Assembly: GCA_965261085.1 (NCBI GenBank)
Contig: OZ253442.1
Span: 1,056,001-1,120,000, forward strand
Origin: a bacterium
GTDB taxonomy: Bacteria > UBA8248
Length of the DNA stretch: 64,000 nt
Direction: 5' to 3'
The first letter of the stretch is position 1; the number at the start of each line of letters is the position of its first letter. Made by a program: the position numbers and the translations under genes. The notes beneath the pieces were generated by a model. The model had not been told where the DNA came from. It made no database searches and saw nothing but the letters and a program-made list of their open reading frames with translations. Positions 1 to 10,015 of the stretch are shown here, piece by piece.

Positions 1-362
1 CACACAAACCGGCGGTATTCGGCCTGAGTCGTTAGGTTCTTGTCGATAAAGTATTCGGGCAAGATGACGCGCTTGCGTAGCAGTTCCCAGTTGTCGAACC
101 AGCGCCATCTGCGCGCGGCGTGGCTTCCGATTCGATAACCATAATCCCGCTCGGCCCTGTCGCTGCCCATCGAAAAAGCCCCCGCAGGGATCTCGATGAC
201 TCTTGAATCTCTCACGCAGGTGCTCGACGCGGCCTCGGCGGAAACCTGAAGAGTGAGGAGTGATAAGGAGGCGAGGATGAGCCACATGAGCGGTTTCCCT
301 TGGATGCAGATTCGGAGTGAGGTTCTTTTTACGCGAACAGTTCGAAATATGTTATCTTGCAT
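1..362 (-). CDS. Formylglycine-generating enzyme (SUMF1/FGE-sulfatase) domain protein, 5' part; runs off the window edge
   Basis: Manual minus-strand translation: signal-like MWLILASLSLLTLQVSAEA, then EIPAGAFSMGSD...VILPEYFIDKNLTTQAEYRRFV, a typical FGE N-terminus. Start at 362 or 287. Confidence 0.7.
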   Translation of the reverse strand, partial: MQDNIFRTVRVKRTSLRICIQGKPLMWLILASLSLLTLQVSAEAASSTCVRDSRVIEIPAGAFSMGSDRAERDYGYRIGSHAARRWRWFDNWELLRKRVILPEYFIDKNLTTQAEYRRFV

Positions 363-393
363 AAGGCCGCTTGAGTCTACATAAGGGAGCATC

Positions 394-972
394 GTGCGAC
401 CAATTCCATTCTTCAAACTTTGTTTTCTCGTCTTTAGCGCTCTCATGTTACTGGCGGTGCCGGTTTCTACCGCACATGCTCAAAGTCGTTTCAACGTCTT
501 ACGGATGGCGCCAGAAAACTCCGCCCCGCCCCCTGATTTTCAATATCCAGACCTAATGGGAAAGCACCACAAACTCAGTGAGTTTAAGGGAAAAATGGTG
601 ATGCTCGCTTTTTTTGCCACTTGGTGTCCATTGTGTGATGAGGAGATGCCCAGGTTTTCCGACCTTCAGAAAAAATATGAGGACGAGGGTTTTACGGTTC
701 TAGCTGTTTCCGTCGACAGAGCGAGTCCGGGTTTTGTGCAAAAATGGGCGGAGAACAAAAAGCTGAAATATCCGGTTTTGCACGATCAGAACTGGTCGTC
801 TCGGCGTACGCACAACGTGCGCTATGTGCCGACGGTGTATCTCATCGACCGAGAGCAGCATTTGGTCGCTTGGGTGGTGGGAGCTACGGATTGGAGCAGC
901 GATCGGGCGAACGCGATTATCCGCCGCACGCTCGAGAGGAAATCAGTCGCACAGATACCCGAAATCAAATAG
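394..972 (+). CDS. TlpA/ResA-like thiol-disulfide oxidoreductase (redoxin), exported
   Basis: Signal peptide, FFATWCPLC CxxC motif, VPTVYLID. Confidence 0.85.
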   Translation: MRPIPFFKLCFLVFSALMLLAVPVSTAHAQSRFNVLRMAPENSAPPPDFQYPDLMGKHHKLSEFKGKMVMLAFFATWCPLCDEEMPRFSDLQKKYEDEGFTVLAVSVDRASPGFVQKWAENKKLKYPVLHDQNWSSRRTHNVRYVPTVYLIDREQHLVAWVVGATDWSSDRANAIIRRTLERKSVAQIPEIK

Positions 973-1097
973 GAAGTGTTCGGTTTGTCTCGCTCAAATT
1001 TACATACGAGCAGCCAGGCTTAGATTCCCGTTGCCTAATATATGGTCGTGTTTCATTATCAATGTGGTAGTTCTGCTCTTATCTGCTCGGGGGCGCC

Positions 1098-1742
1098 ATG
1101 AAATTCGATTTTTCGCTGATTGTCATAACCGACCGGGAGATATTATCACAGGCTTCCGGGTGGAAGCTAAAGGATGCGGTTCGTGCAGCCGCTATGGGCG
1201 GGGCCACCATGATCCAGCTTCGGGAGAAAAACATAGGCGGTGTGGAAATGATTCGCTTGGCGGATGAGTTGCGAGAGGCTCTGGAGGGAACTGGCTGCGC
1301 CTTTACGGTGAATGATCGGGTGGATGTCGCCATGGCCTGCGGCGCGGACGGGGTACATTTGGGACAGGAGGATTTTCTGCTTCCGAGAGCCAGGGCGATA
1401 GCCGGAGATACGTTGTTTTACGGTGTGACGGCCGGAAAATCCGAATGGGCGTCGCGGGCTGCTGCCGAGGGTGCGGATTATATCGGCGTGGGGCCCATAT
1501 ACGCGACGGGGAGCAAAGCCGATGCGAGGGTGCCGATCGGGCCGGAAGGATTCCGTCGAATTATCGAACACGCCCCCGGATTGCCCGCAGTCGCCATCGG
1601 GGGAATCGGCATCGAGAACGTGGAACCCGTCATGGAGTCCGGCGCCTCCGGCGTCGCCGTGATCGGCGCGGTGATGGGGGCGTCCGACCCGGAAGCCGCG
1701 ACCAGAGAGTTGAGCAATCGCATCGAGAGGGCGAAAGGATGA
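1098..1742 (+). CDS. thiE: Thiamine-phosphate synthase
   Basis: IQLREK, VNDRVDVA, GVHLGQED, GPIYATGSK, VAIGGI motifs. Confidence 0.95.
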   Translation: MKFDFSLIVITDREILSQASGWKLKDAVRAAAMGGATMIQLREKNIGGVEMIRLADELREALEGTGCAFTVNDRVDVAMACGADGVHLGQEDFLLPRARAIAGDTLFYGVTAGKSEWASRAAAEGADYIGVGPIYATGSKADARVPIGPEGFRRIIEHAPGLPAVAIGGIGIENVEPVMESGASGVAVIGAVMGASDPEAATRELSNRIERAKG

Positions 1743-2767
1743 GTGGCGAATCGGCGAAAGAGTACGGCGAATTCGCTCTGATACAGCGCCTGAGAAACAA
1801 GCTCGATGCGGTGGGGAACGACGCGGATGTCATCGTCGGTAATGGGGATGATGCGGCCGTTATCAAGGCGGGAGATGGGAAATGCTGGGTGGTGACGTGC
1901 GATGCGCAGGTAAGCGGCGTGCATTTCCCGTCCACTGAGGGTGTTTCCGGTTTCACCTTGGGCTACAAGTCGCTGGCGGTGAACGTGAGCGATGTAGCGG
2001 CTATGGGAGGCAAGCCGCGCTTTGCGTTCATCTCATTGGGCATACCCGAAGATACGGCGGTTTCGTTTCTCGATGAGGTGTACGACGGGGTGCGTACGCT
2101 CTCGCAGCAATACGATATTTTGGTTCTGGGCGGAAACGTCACGCGGACGAGTGGCCCTTTGTTCGTCGACGTGTTTCTCGTTGGCGAAATGATGGAGGAG
2201 AAGGTTCTTCGCCGAAGCGGGGCCCGCGCCGGGGATCGAATTCTGGTGACGGGGCATTTGGGCGATGCCGCAGCGGGGCTTCATTTGGCGTCCCGGCCGC
2301 TAATCCAGATTCGCGAAGACATGCGCGCCTCGCTCACCCGCGCACAACTCGAGCCGCAGCCCCGTGTTGCGGAGGGGACAGCTATCGCGGAATCGGGGCT
2401 GGCCACGTCCATGATGGACATCAGTGATGGTCTGGCGGGCGATATCCGCCACATGTGTGAGGCGAGCGGGGTAGGCGCAATTCTTTGGGAATCTGAGCTG
2501 CCCATCTCCGGTGTCCTCAACGAATTGGCCTCTGATATTGGGCAAAACCCCCTGGAATGGGTATTGCACGGTGGAGAGGACTATGAACTTCTCGTTACGA
2601 CACCCGCTGAATCCGTTAATATGCTTCAAGAGGTCGTCCGGCAGGCGGGAGGGGCGCCGCTCTCGCCTATCGGAGAAATCCTGTCAGTTTCGCAGGGGAT
2701 TTCTCTCAAGCGCGCGGACGGGATCTTCGAGTTGGAAAACCTCGCTTGGGAGCATTTTCCCGCCTGA
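1739..2767 (+). CDS. thiL: Thiamine-monophosphate kinase
   Basis: GEFALI, GDDAAV, NVSDVAAMGG, DISDGL, GGEDYELL; ATG overlaps the thiE stop (ATGA). Confidence 0.95.
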   Translation: MSGESAKEYGEFALIQRLRNKLDAVGNDADVIVGNGDDAAVIKAGDGKCWVVTCDAQVSGVHFPSTEGVSGFTLGYKSLAVNVSDVAAMGGKPRFAFISLGIPEDTAVSFLDEVYDGVRTLSQQYDILVLGGNVTRTSGPLFVDVFLVGEMMEEKVLRRSGARAGDRILVTGHLGDAAAGLHLASRPLIQIREDMRASLTRAQLEPQPRVAEGTAIAESGLATSMMDISDGLAGDIRHMCEASGVGAILWESELPISGVLNELASDIGQNPLEWVLHGGEDYELLVTTPAESVNMLQEVVRQAGGAPLSPIGEILSVSQGISLKRADGIFELENLAWEHFPA

Positions 2768-3013
2768 ATGTTTTCATCATGAATGGATATTATACCGTCG
2801 GGCTAAGCGCTCCTATGGGGAAAACTGCTCGCTTGCGTGAATCGGAACGGAGAGTTTCCCCTCCGCGTCGGCGCGAACTTGCAGAAACGTTATTTTGTGT
2901 TATCCCGATGCCGAGAAGAGGTGCGTTGGATTTCATGAAGATTCCTTGACAGATTACCCTGCACCTTTGCACATTCTATGCATTCGTAAAATTCTTCTTG
3001 CCTATCATTCAGG

Positions 3014-4264
3014 ATGGGGTCGATGAGCGCACAAGGACCATTGAAGGGAATTCGCGTGTTGGATTTGTCCCGCATCCTCGCGGGACCCTTTTGCACCACG
3101 ATGCTTGCAGACTTGGGTGCGGACGTCATCAAGCTCGAATCCCTCGGAGCCGGGGATGAAACCCGCACCTGGGGTCCCCCGTTCGAGAAAGGGGAGAGCG
3201 CCTATTTTTTGAGCGTGAATCGCGGGAAGAAAAGTATAGTGGTCGATCTCAAGAAAAGCGAGGGCCTCGAAATCGCCCGCGCCATTGCAAAACAGGCGGA
3301 TGTCGTCGTTGAAAATTTTCGCCCGGGTGTCGCGGCGCGCCTAGGCGTCGGGTATGAGGCGCTATCCGCTTTGAATTCTCGATTGATATACGTTTCCGTT
3401 TCTGGCTTCGGACAGACGGGTCCTTATCGGGAGCGCTCGGGTTTTGACATTATCGGCCAGGCGATGAGCGGCATCATGAGCGCGACGGGTGAGCCGGATG
3501 GCGGGCCTTGCAAGGCCGGGATTCCGTTGAGTGACCTCACGGCGGGCATGTGGGCGGCTTATGGTGTAACCAGCGCATTGTACGCCAGGGAGAAGACGGG
3601 CAAAGGGCAATATATCGATCTGTCCCTTCTCGACAGCAGCGTGTCGCTGCTCACCAACTTGAGCGGCTGCTATTTCATGGATGGCAGCGTTGGCGGGCGA
3701 TGGGGGTCGGCGCATTTTCAAATCGTTCCCTACCAAGCGCTCCGGGCGAAGGATAAGGAAATTATCATCGGGGTGACGAGCGATCGGTTCTGGGGATATT
3801 TTTGTGACATTATTGAGGCTCCTGAGCTAGCGAATGACCCGAGATTCGTCGACATCCCCAGTCGCGCGAAAAATCGCGATGAACTCATCCCCATATTGGA
3901 GAGGCGCCTCGCCGAGCGAAATGGAGATGAGTGGCTGAAATTGCTGGAAGAGAAGGGGATTCCCTGTGGTCCGGTTTATGACGTGCGGGAAGCGCTCGAA
4001 GATGAACAGGTACGCCATAGAGAGATGGTGGTGGAGACGAATCATTCGCTTCTGGGCAAAGTGAACGCCACCGGTGTTCCACTTAAGTTTTCAGAGAATC
4101 CGGGTAAGGTCCAGGGGCCGGCCCCTTTGCACGGGGAACATACCCGAGAGGTATTGTCGGATATCCTCGGGTTCAGCGATGAGCTGATAGAAGAGTTCTT
4201 GAAAGATAAAGTGGTCGGAGAGCCTAAACCCAGATCGGAGATCGGGATGCCCTTGGAAGACTAG
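3014..4264 (+). CDS. Class III CoA-transferase (CaiB/BaiF family)
   Basis: PLKGIRVLDLSRILAGPF, LADLGADVIK, NRGKKS, DVVVENFRPG. Confidence 0.93.
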   Translation: MGSMSAQGPLKGIRVLDLSRILAGPFCTTMLADLGADVIKLESLGAGDETRTWGPPFEKGESAYFLSVNRGKKSIVVDLKKSEGLEIARAIAKQADVVVENFRPGVAARLGVGYEALSALNSRLIYVSVSGFGQTGPYRERSGFDIIGQAMSGIMSATGEPDGGPCKAGIPLSDLTAGMWAAYGVTSALYAREKTGKGQYIDLSLLDSSVSLLTNLSGCYFMDGSVGGRWGSAHFQIVPYQALRAKDKEIIIGVTSDRFWGYFCDIIEAPELANDPRFVDIPSRAKNRDELIPILERRLAERNGDEWLKLLEEKGIPCGPVYDVREALEDEQVRHREMVVETNHSLLGKVNATGVPLKFSENPGKVQGPAPLHGEHTREVLSDILGFSDELIEEFLKDKVVGEPKPRSEIGMPLED

Positions 4265-4282
4265 GGGCTCTCGCTATACACC

Positions 4283-5440
4283 TCACCCTGAGGATAAATT
4301 TTCAATCAAGCCTCCGAGCAGCGCGCCTCTTGGAGCGATGGAATCTAGTTCCAGGTATTCTTGATCCGTATGTAAATTTCCTCCCACAGGACCTAATCCG
4401 TCCAGAACGGCGACTCCGAGCGGGGAGAGATAATTCCCATCGGAACCTCCACCGGTGGGGCCGTGCTGTAATTTGACGCTCGCATCCTGTGCGATTTGCG
4501 CCGCGGCGGACAAGAGTTTTTCCGTCCCATGGTTGAATTCCATGGCTGGTCTTCCGCTGATTTTTTTAAATTCTGAACGTGTTTCGTCGATGTCAGCTTT
4601 GGAAACGATACGATGCAGTTCATCCGTCATGGCATCGAGAGTCGCCTGCCGGTCTGCACGCACTTCAATATGGCAAGAAGCTTCATCCGCCACAATGTGC
4701 GGCCTGTAACCACCTGAGAGACCGGTGATGTTGATGGTGCCGCCTCCTTGCTCCAGGTTTTGAATAGCTACCATTTTGTGGGCGAGTTCATGCACGGCGC
4801 TTCTACCTCTTTGCGGGTCAACACCGGCATGCGCCGAGACGCCGATGACGAGCAATTTCCCGTAGCAACTTCCTTTTCTCGAAGAGACGATGGAGCCGTT
4901 TGCACGCCCAGACTCGATAATTAATGCGGCGGTCGCGTCTTTTCCGATTCGCTCTATCACTTTTCTTGAGGAGGGGTTCCCGCGTTCTTCATCGGTGTCG
5001 TATAAGATTTGAATTCTCGTGAACTCTTCGAACCCTTCGGCCAGTAATGCTTCAATCACGAATTGGCAAACCACCAGACACCCTTTCATATCGACCACCC
5101 CGGGGCCGTAGGCTATCCCGTCTTTTATAGTGAACGGCCGTTGCGCCGCGGTTCCCTCGGAAAAAACGGTGTCGCAATGCCCGATCAAGAATATATGGGG
5201 GCCATTTTTTCTTGCGCCATGAAACGTCGACAAAAGATGATCTCCCGTTTCATGCGTGCCAGGAATCATCTCTACTTCGGCTCCCATTTCAAGGTATTTT
5301 TCCGCAAAATGGGAGGAAACAGCGTTCGTTCCCGTATTGGGAAACGTCGGGGAGTCGATGTTCACCACATGAGCGATTTGCTCGATGATTTCATCTTTTC
5401 TGGCTTCAAGCGCTTTTCTGATGGTGGCCGCACCGATCAT
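4283..5440 (-). CDS. M20 metallopeptidase (glutamate carboxypeptidase-like)
   Basis: GHCDTV, GPGVVDMKG, DEERG, AHAG, GGGSDGN, HTDQE. Confidence 0.9.
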   Translation of the reverse strand: MIGAATIRKALEARKDEIIEQIAHVVNIDSPTFPNTGTNAVSSHFAEKYLEMGAEVEMIPGTHETGDHLLSTFHGARKNGPHIFLIGHCDTVFSEGTAAQRPFTIKDGIAYGPGVVDMKGCLVVCQFVIEALLAEGFEEFTRIQILYDTDEERGNPSSRKVIERIGKDATAALIIESGRANGSIVSSRKGSCYGKLLVIGVSAHAGVDPQRGRSAVHELAHKMVAIQNLEQGGGTINITGLSGGYRPHIVADEASCHIEVRADRQATLDAMTDELHRIVSKADIDETRSEFKKISGRPAMEFNHGTEKLLSAAAQIAQDASVKLQHGPTGGGSDGNYLSPLGVAVLDGLGPVGGNLHTDQEYLELDSIAPRGALLGGLIENLSSG

Positions 5441-6222
5441 TCATGTAATCCTTTGCGATAAAAATCTCCTGCGATGGAATCTCCTGCGAGCATGTAATCG
5501 TAAATACCGTTCGGTACGGCCTCGAATATCTTTTGGGCATCCTGAAGGGCCTTTTTTGAAGAGCAATGGCTCAAATACAGTATTCGCTTTGCATTTTGAG
5601 GAAGCCGACTCGGATAGCTATCCAGCTCACTCGCCAACCTCGCTAAATGATGTGGCTCGATTACTTCCCCGGCTTTCAAGCCCGCAATGGTGCGAACTGT
5701 TTCCATGCGATGAACAATTCGATCGTCCGCTTTTTGTCCAATGGCAGTAAGCCCCAGCACGAGTATGCAATGTGTCGCCCCTTTCGGAATGACCGGCTCG
5801 CCTGGTCCCGGGGCCTTGATAAGTCGTTTTCTCGCCCCATCGGTTTTTACTATCATCACGCCATGGAAGTCTGAGTCATGTAATGCCTCTACCTGACTAG
5901 CCTCGAGGCCGCGAAACATGTTCTGGGGCAATTTCCTCTCCACCCAGACAACCGCGCCGCGCCCGGACCAATCCTGAGCGGCGGATTGCAACTCGGCGCG
6001 TCCCTCCTCGCTCAGCAGAACGGGCGGAGAATTTTCACCACCCAGGGCGTGGAGATTCGTCGTGCTGGTGATGATGACGGGAAACGGCTCATCCAGCATC
6101 TCTCGGATGAGCCGTTTCATGAGAGTGGCCTTGCCGCCGGCGCCCATAACACAGACCATATCACCGGAGGCGATGTCCATTATCGTGCTGAGCTTTTGCG
6201 AAGGAGTTGATTGAATGGGCAT
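5437..6222 (-). CDS. yqeC: Selenium-dependent molybdenum hydroxylase accessory protein YqeC
   Basis: GAGGKATL, ITSTT, DGARKRLIKAPGPGEPVIP, VHR motifs match YqeC. Confidence 0.8.
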   Translation of the reverse strand: MPIQSTPSQKLSTIMDIASGDMVCVMGAGGKATLMKRLIREMLDEPFPVIITSTTNLHALGGENSPPVLLSEEGRAELQSAAQDWSGRGAVVWVERKLPQNMFRGLEASQVEALHDSDFHGVMIVKTDGARKRLIKAPGPGEPVIPKGATHCILVLGLTAIGQKADDRIVHRMETVRTIAGLKAGEVIEPHHLARLASELDSYPSRLPQNAKRILYLSHCSSKKALQDAQKIFEAVPNGIYDYMLAGDSIAGDFYRKGLHE

Positions 6223-6224
6223 TT

Positions 6225-7373
6225 TCAGGCAGCGGCGCGGTAGATTCTCTCGATGTCCTCAAGCGTAAGTTCTTTGGGATTACAGCTTAAAAGACGTTCG
6301 AGCTTGAAAGCGGCTTCGGCCAATTCCGGGATGGCGTGTGCGGGTACATCCACTTCGCCGAGCCGGGTGGGTACGCCGCAGTCACGACAAAGTTTCTCGA
6401 CCGCGCCGACGGAAAGCGCTGCCGCTTCGCCTTGAGATATGCCATCGGTGGATTCGCCCAGTATTTGGGCGATGCGGGCGAATTTCTCAGGCGCCGCCGC
6501 GTGGTTCTCCTTCATAACGTGGGAGAACATCAGGGAATTGCTGACCCCGTGGGGAATATGAAACCTGGAACCTAGCGGATACGCCAGGGCATGAATGGCT
6601 CCCGCGCCGGCCCCTGCGAGCGCGACCCCGCCGTAGTATGAGCCCAGAGCCATATCGGTTCTGGCATCAATGTCGCTTCCATCCTCACATACGCGCCGTA
6701 AAGAATGGGCGATGAGTTTCATTCCCTCCAGGCTGTACATCTCGCTCATGGGGGTGGCGTTTCTGGCCACGTAGGTTTCCAGGCAGTGGGTGAAAGCGTC
6801 CACACCGGCGGCGGAGGTGACTTTCGGAGGTGCGGAAAGTGTGAGTTCCGGATCGACGATGGCGGCGAACGGGATAACATGCGTACTCACGATAGCCAAT
6901 TTCACTTGCTCCTCCGGCACCGAGAAGATGGCGTTGGGCGTGGCTTCTGCACCGGTTCCACTCGTTGTGGGTGCCAAAATCGTGGATATGCCGGGTTTCG
7001 GCACGAGTTCGACTCCTAGATAATCCCTGGGAGCGCCGTCGTTTCCGAGCAATACACCGATGGATTTCGCCATGTCCATCGAACTGCCGCCCCCGACACC
7101 GACGACGAGGTCGAAAGAGCCGTTTTTGTACTCATCAAATGCCTTCTCGAGATCAGCGATGGCGGGCTCAGGAGGGCACCCATCGTATATAGTGACTTCT
7201 ACACCGGCCTCTTTCAGAGGGGCCAGCGCCATGTCCGCTACTCCTGCACCCCTCACGCCCTTGTCCGTGAGGAAAAGCGCGTTGCGGGCGCCCAGAAACT
7301 CCGCTTCATCCTTGATCTTCGAGATGGCTCCGAGGCCGAACCAGGTCCGTTGCGGGTGACGTATGCTGTACAT
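6225..7373 (-). CDS. Iron-containing alcohol dehydrogenase
   Basis: GGGSSMDMAK, PTTSGTGAE, DAFTHCLE, HALAYPLG, PHG. Confidence 0.93.
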   Translation of the reverse strand: MYSIRHPQRTWFGLGAISKIKDEAEFLGARNALFLTDKGVRGAGVADMALAPLKEAGVEVTIYDGCPPEPAIADLEKAFDEYKNGSFDLVVGVGGGSSMDMAKSIGVLLGNDGAPRDYLGVELVPKPGISTILAPTTSGTGAEATPNAIFSVPEEQVKLAIVSTHVIPFAAIVDPELTLSAPPKVTSAAGVDAFTHCLETYVARNATPMSEMYSLEGMKLIAHSLRRVCEDGSDIDARTDMALGSYYGGVALAGAGAGAIHALAYPLGSRFHIPHGVSNSLMFSHVMKENHAAAPEKFARIAQILGESTDGISQGEAAALSVGAVEKLCRDCGVPTRLGEVDVPAHAIPELAEAAFKLERLLSCNPKELTLEDIERIYRAAA

Positions 7374-7499
7374 AAGGCGAACTCCTTGCGGGTAAGCTTT
7401 TATGTCGGGAAATCAGTTTCAGGATGTTTTCAACCCCGAGAGTTGGCATTATGTACATGCGCCGGGTTGGATGCAACGGATTCGGGAGAATTTTACGGG

Positions 7500-8558
7500 T
7501 TAAGGCTTCCAGTTCCGGTTTGTGAGAAGACGCCATGCGTTCTGGTAGGCGATGAGCCTTCTGGCTGGCGGGCTGATTTTTTCGAGCACCTTTTCACGAA
7601 AAAAGAGTGTCCTTCCAGCATATATCGCCGGGTTGTGCGGGGAGGAATCATTCCCGGCCATGAGATGCCCCACCCGCGCTTCGAGCAACGCCCTCCATTC
7701 ACGGGAGAACACCGCTCCAGGGTCGAAGAGGTGGTTTTTCCTTGGAGCGGGTGAATCGGCGGGGGCAGGCGGGTCCTGAGTCAGTGTGAAGAAAAGGTGG
7801 GGGTGCCTCAGGCTCAGCGCCCTGAGAAGCCCGTGTCCATAGCCGGGCAAAGCATTCAAATTCAATATCCTGCCGGCTTGCGTCCAGACGACTCTCGCCT
7901 CGGGCGCAGCTCTCAGTTGACGCTCGAGTTGTTCCAGGCCGCCGTCATCGGGCGGCATATCCAGCAGGAGGAAGCTGCGCTTTTCCGTCGCCAGACGGAT
8001 AATCGCCCCCAGGGCCTCTCTTACCCGCGCCGACTCGGCTTTACCTGTGGACCCTGGCCGCCACGTGATCCTGCCGATACCGAATGCGCCTCCCTCGAGT
8101 TGCCGCTTGATATTGGATAGGTAGGGGCTTTCTGGCCGCATCCAGTCTTTTTGAGCGGCGGACGTGGTGAGCGGAATCAATCGGCCGGGATATTGCGCTA
8201 CCGCCTTTTTGATGGCCTCCTCACTCGTCGAAGTGACGGCGCCCAGCGCTACGCCTGCGCGGTCCATGCCCTCGATGAGTTGCGCTGCGCTTTTCCACTG
8301 ATCGAGCGTGATTTCCAGATCGATAAGGGGATAAGAGCCGGACGCGAGGTGTTTCCTCAGCGTACGCTCATACAGCTTGATGCGCGGCTCACGGCTCTGA
8401 TTTTGTTTGGCTTTAGATTTCAGTGAATTAGGTGGCTTCGCGGCGTCTGAGTATCCCGAGATGAAGAACAGCGCGATGAGGATCGAAAGCGAGAAGACGA
8501 TGAAGTGCATCGCCCATTTTCTCGCCTCGGTGACTTCTCTACGGCCCGTGAAAGTCAC
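7500..8558 (-). CDS. Exported amidohydrolase-fold (TIM-barrel) protein with degenerate metal ligands
   Basis: N-terminal hydrophobic segment; GMDRAGV, YPGRLIP, GIG, IAYQNAWRL resemble Amidohydro_2; true start may be ~8510. Confidence 0.55.
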   Translation of the reverse strand: MTFTGRREVTEARKWAMHFIVFSLSILIALFFISGYSDAAKPPNSLKSKAKQNQSREPRIKLYERTLRKHLASGSYPLIDLEITLDQWKSAAQLIEGMDRAGVALGAVTSTSEEAIKKAVAQYPGRLIPLTTSAAQKDWMRPESPYLSNIKRQLEGGAFGIGRITWRPGSTGKAESARVREALGAIIRLATEKRSFLLLDMPPDDGGLEQLERQLRAAPEARVVWTQAGRILNLNALPGYGHGLLRALSLRHPHLFFTLTQDPPAPADSPAPRKNHLFDPGAVFSREWRALLEARVGHLMAGNDSSPHNPAIYAGRTLFFREKVLEKISPPARRLIAYQNAWRLLTNRNWKP

Positions 8559-8564
8559 TTTCGT

Positions 8565-9284
8565 CTACCCGTTCACGATGGCGACGGCGCGAATGTGCGT
8601 CCCGGTGGCGCCTCGCCAGTGAAGCGGCAGGACGCTGGCCGTGAACCCGTGGGCGGCGGGGATGGCGTCTAAGTTGCAGAGATTCTCGATGTGCCAGTAT
8701 TCGCGCGTCTGGAAGAGGCGATGACACGGCCAGGGGTCTTTTCTCTCCATCATCTCCTTGATGGGCAAATCAAACCCCGGCGCGTCGATGCCCATCACCT
8801 GTACGCCCTGGTCGATGAGCCATTCGGCGCTCTCGCCCACCATGCCGGGGTGCTCCGTCAGGTAGCGCGGCTCGTCGTTGTAGGCGGCGGCCCCCGTCCA
8901 GAGCAAGACGATTTCACCGCCCTGGATTGTGTAGTTCTCCTTGGCGAGGGCGTCTTTCAAGTCATTGACTTGAATGGCCTCGCCCGGGTTTTTGCGGCGC
9001 ATGTCGAGTCTTACGCCCGGTCCGTAGCACTTATCCAGCGGGATGTCCTCGGACCATGAATCGTTGCGGCCGCCGTGGCTTCTCGCGTCGATGTGGGTGC
9101 CGCAATGCTCGCTGAAGATGCACACGCTGTGCGCGAATAGTTCGGGAAAGCCCATCTTGTCGGTCCCGATGCGCTTGGCCGATTCGAACGTGGTCTCTAT
9201 CATCTGGATGACGGGCTGCGGCGTGCCGGGGTAGCGCTCCATCCACATGTGGACGGGCATGGAAAGGTCGATGATTTGCGGCAT
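8565..9284 (-). CDS. Cyclase family protein (kynurenine formamidase-like)
   Basis: IIDLS, HCGTHIDA, GIDAPG, HIENLCNL; ATG at 9284 with GAGGAG RBS. Confidence 0.9.
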   Translation of the reverse strand: MPQIIDLSMPVHMWMERYPGTPQPVIQMIETTFESAKRIGTDKMGFPELFAHSVCIFSEHCGTHIDARSHGGRNDSWSEDIPLDKCYGPGVRLDMRRKNPGEAIQVNDLKDALAKENYTIQGGEIVLLWTGAAAYNDEPRYLTEHPGMVGESAEWLIDQGVQVMGIDAPGFDLPIKEMMERKDPWPCHRLFQTREYWHIENLCNLDAIPAAHGFTASVLPLHWRGATGTHIRAVAIVNG

Positions 9285-9404
9285 TTGCTCGTATCTCCTC
9301 GCATCTCCTGGTTTTATGAGGGCGGCGATGCGCCTAATATACATCATCGCGCCACCGGAATAACCCCCTGCAGGCTCCGATTCTCGCCGATTCAATCTTC
9401 AGAA

Positions 9405-9535
9405 ATTTATCGAAAAACCCCGTGAATTTATCGATATTTTCAGAAATTCCTTATTCTTGAACGCGGCGATGCGCTTCGCCATCATACACGCGCGCGTCTT
9501 GAGTCCGATAACGGCAATTGCGGGCAAATGCGTGT
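9405..9535. repeat. 131-bp dispersed repeat, copy 1 (copy 2 at 35168-35298)
   Basis: First ~51 bp identical, remainder colinear with substitutions, same orientation. Confidence 0.9.
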
Positions 9536-10015
9536 CCGCTCCGGCCGGGTTGGGATTCGACTTCTACGCCCCGGCGAAACCTTTACGCAATCTTTAACCT
9601 CAAACACCGCCTCCCCTGATACCATTCAACCCGTTTGTTGAGCCTCGACGGGTGTTTGTGGAGGCAACGGGCGAGTCCGGCGGGGGACGCCGAGCCGCTT
9701 CGCGCTTAGGAGCCGAGGCGCCGGGCCGGATACGCCGCGCGGGGGTCAATTCCGAGGGAAGACCGAGGAATTGGGGCCACGCATGCGGGTCCGCCCGTCC
9801 CGGAAACGGGGGCTGCATCCAGTCGCGCGGATGCGCACCCGAAACCCGGCCGTTTGTCCGCCTTTTTGGCTCGGGCGACACTGTCGGGTCCTCCGGAGAC
9901 GGAAAGTCCGAATGCGGGGACAGACCCGACCGAGAAGGGAGGGTTTGCCCCCGCGCGGCCCTTCGCTCCGGCCGGGTCAATCGCTCATTCTTCACTCGGC
10001 AAACTCGCGGTCTTC

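Noticed and set aside
973-1097. TPP riboswitch upstream of thiE
   Set aside because: No CTGAGA or ACCTGA...GGGA core motifs are visible
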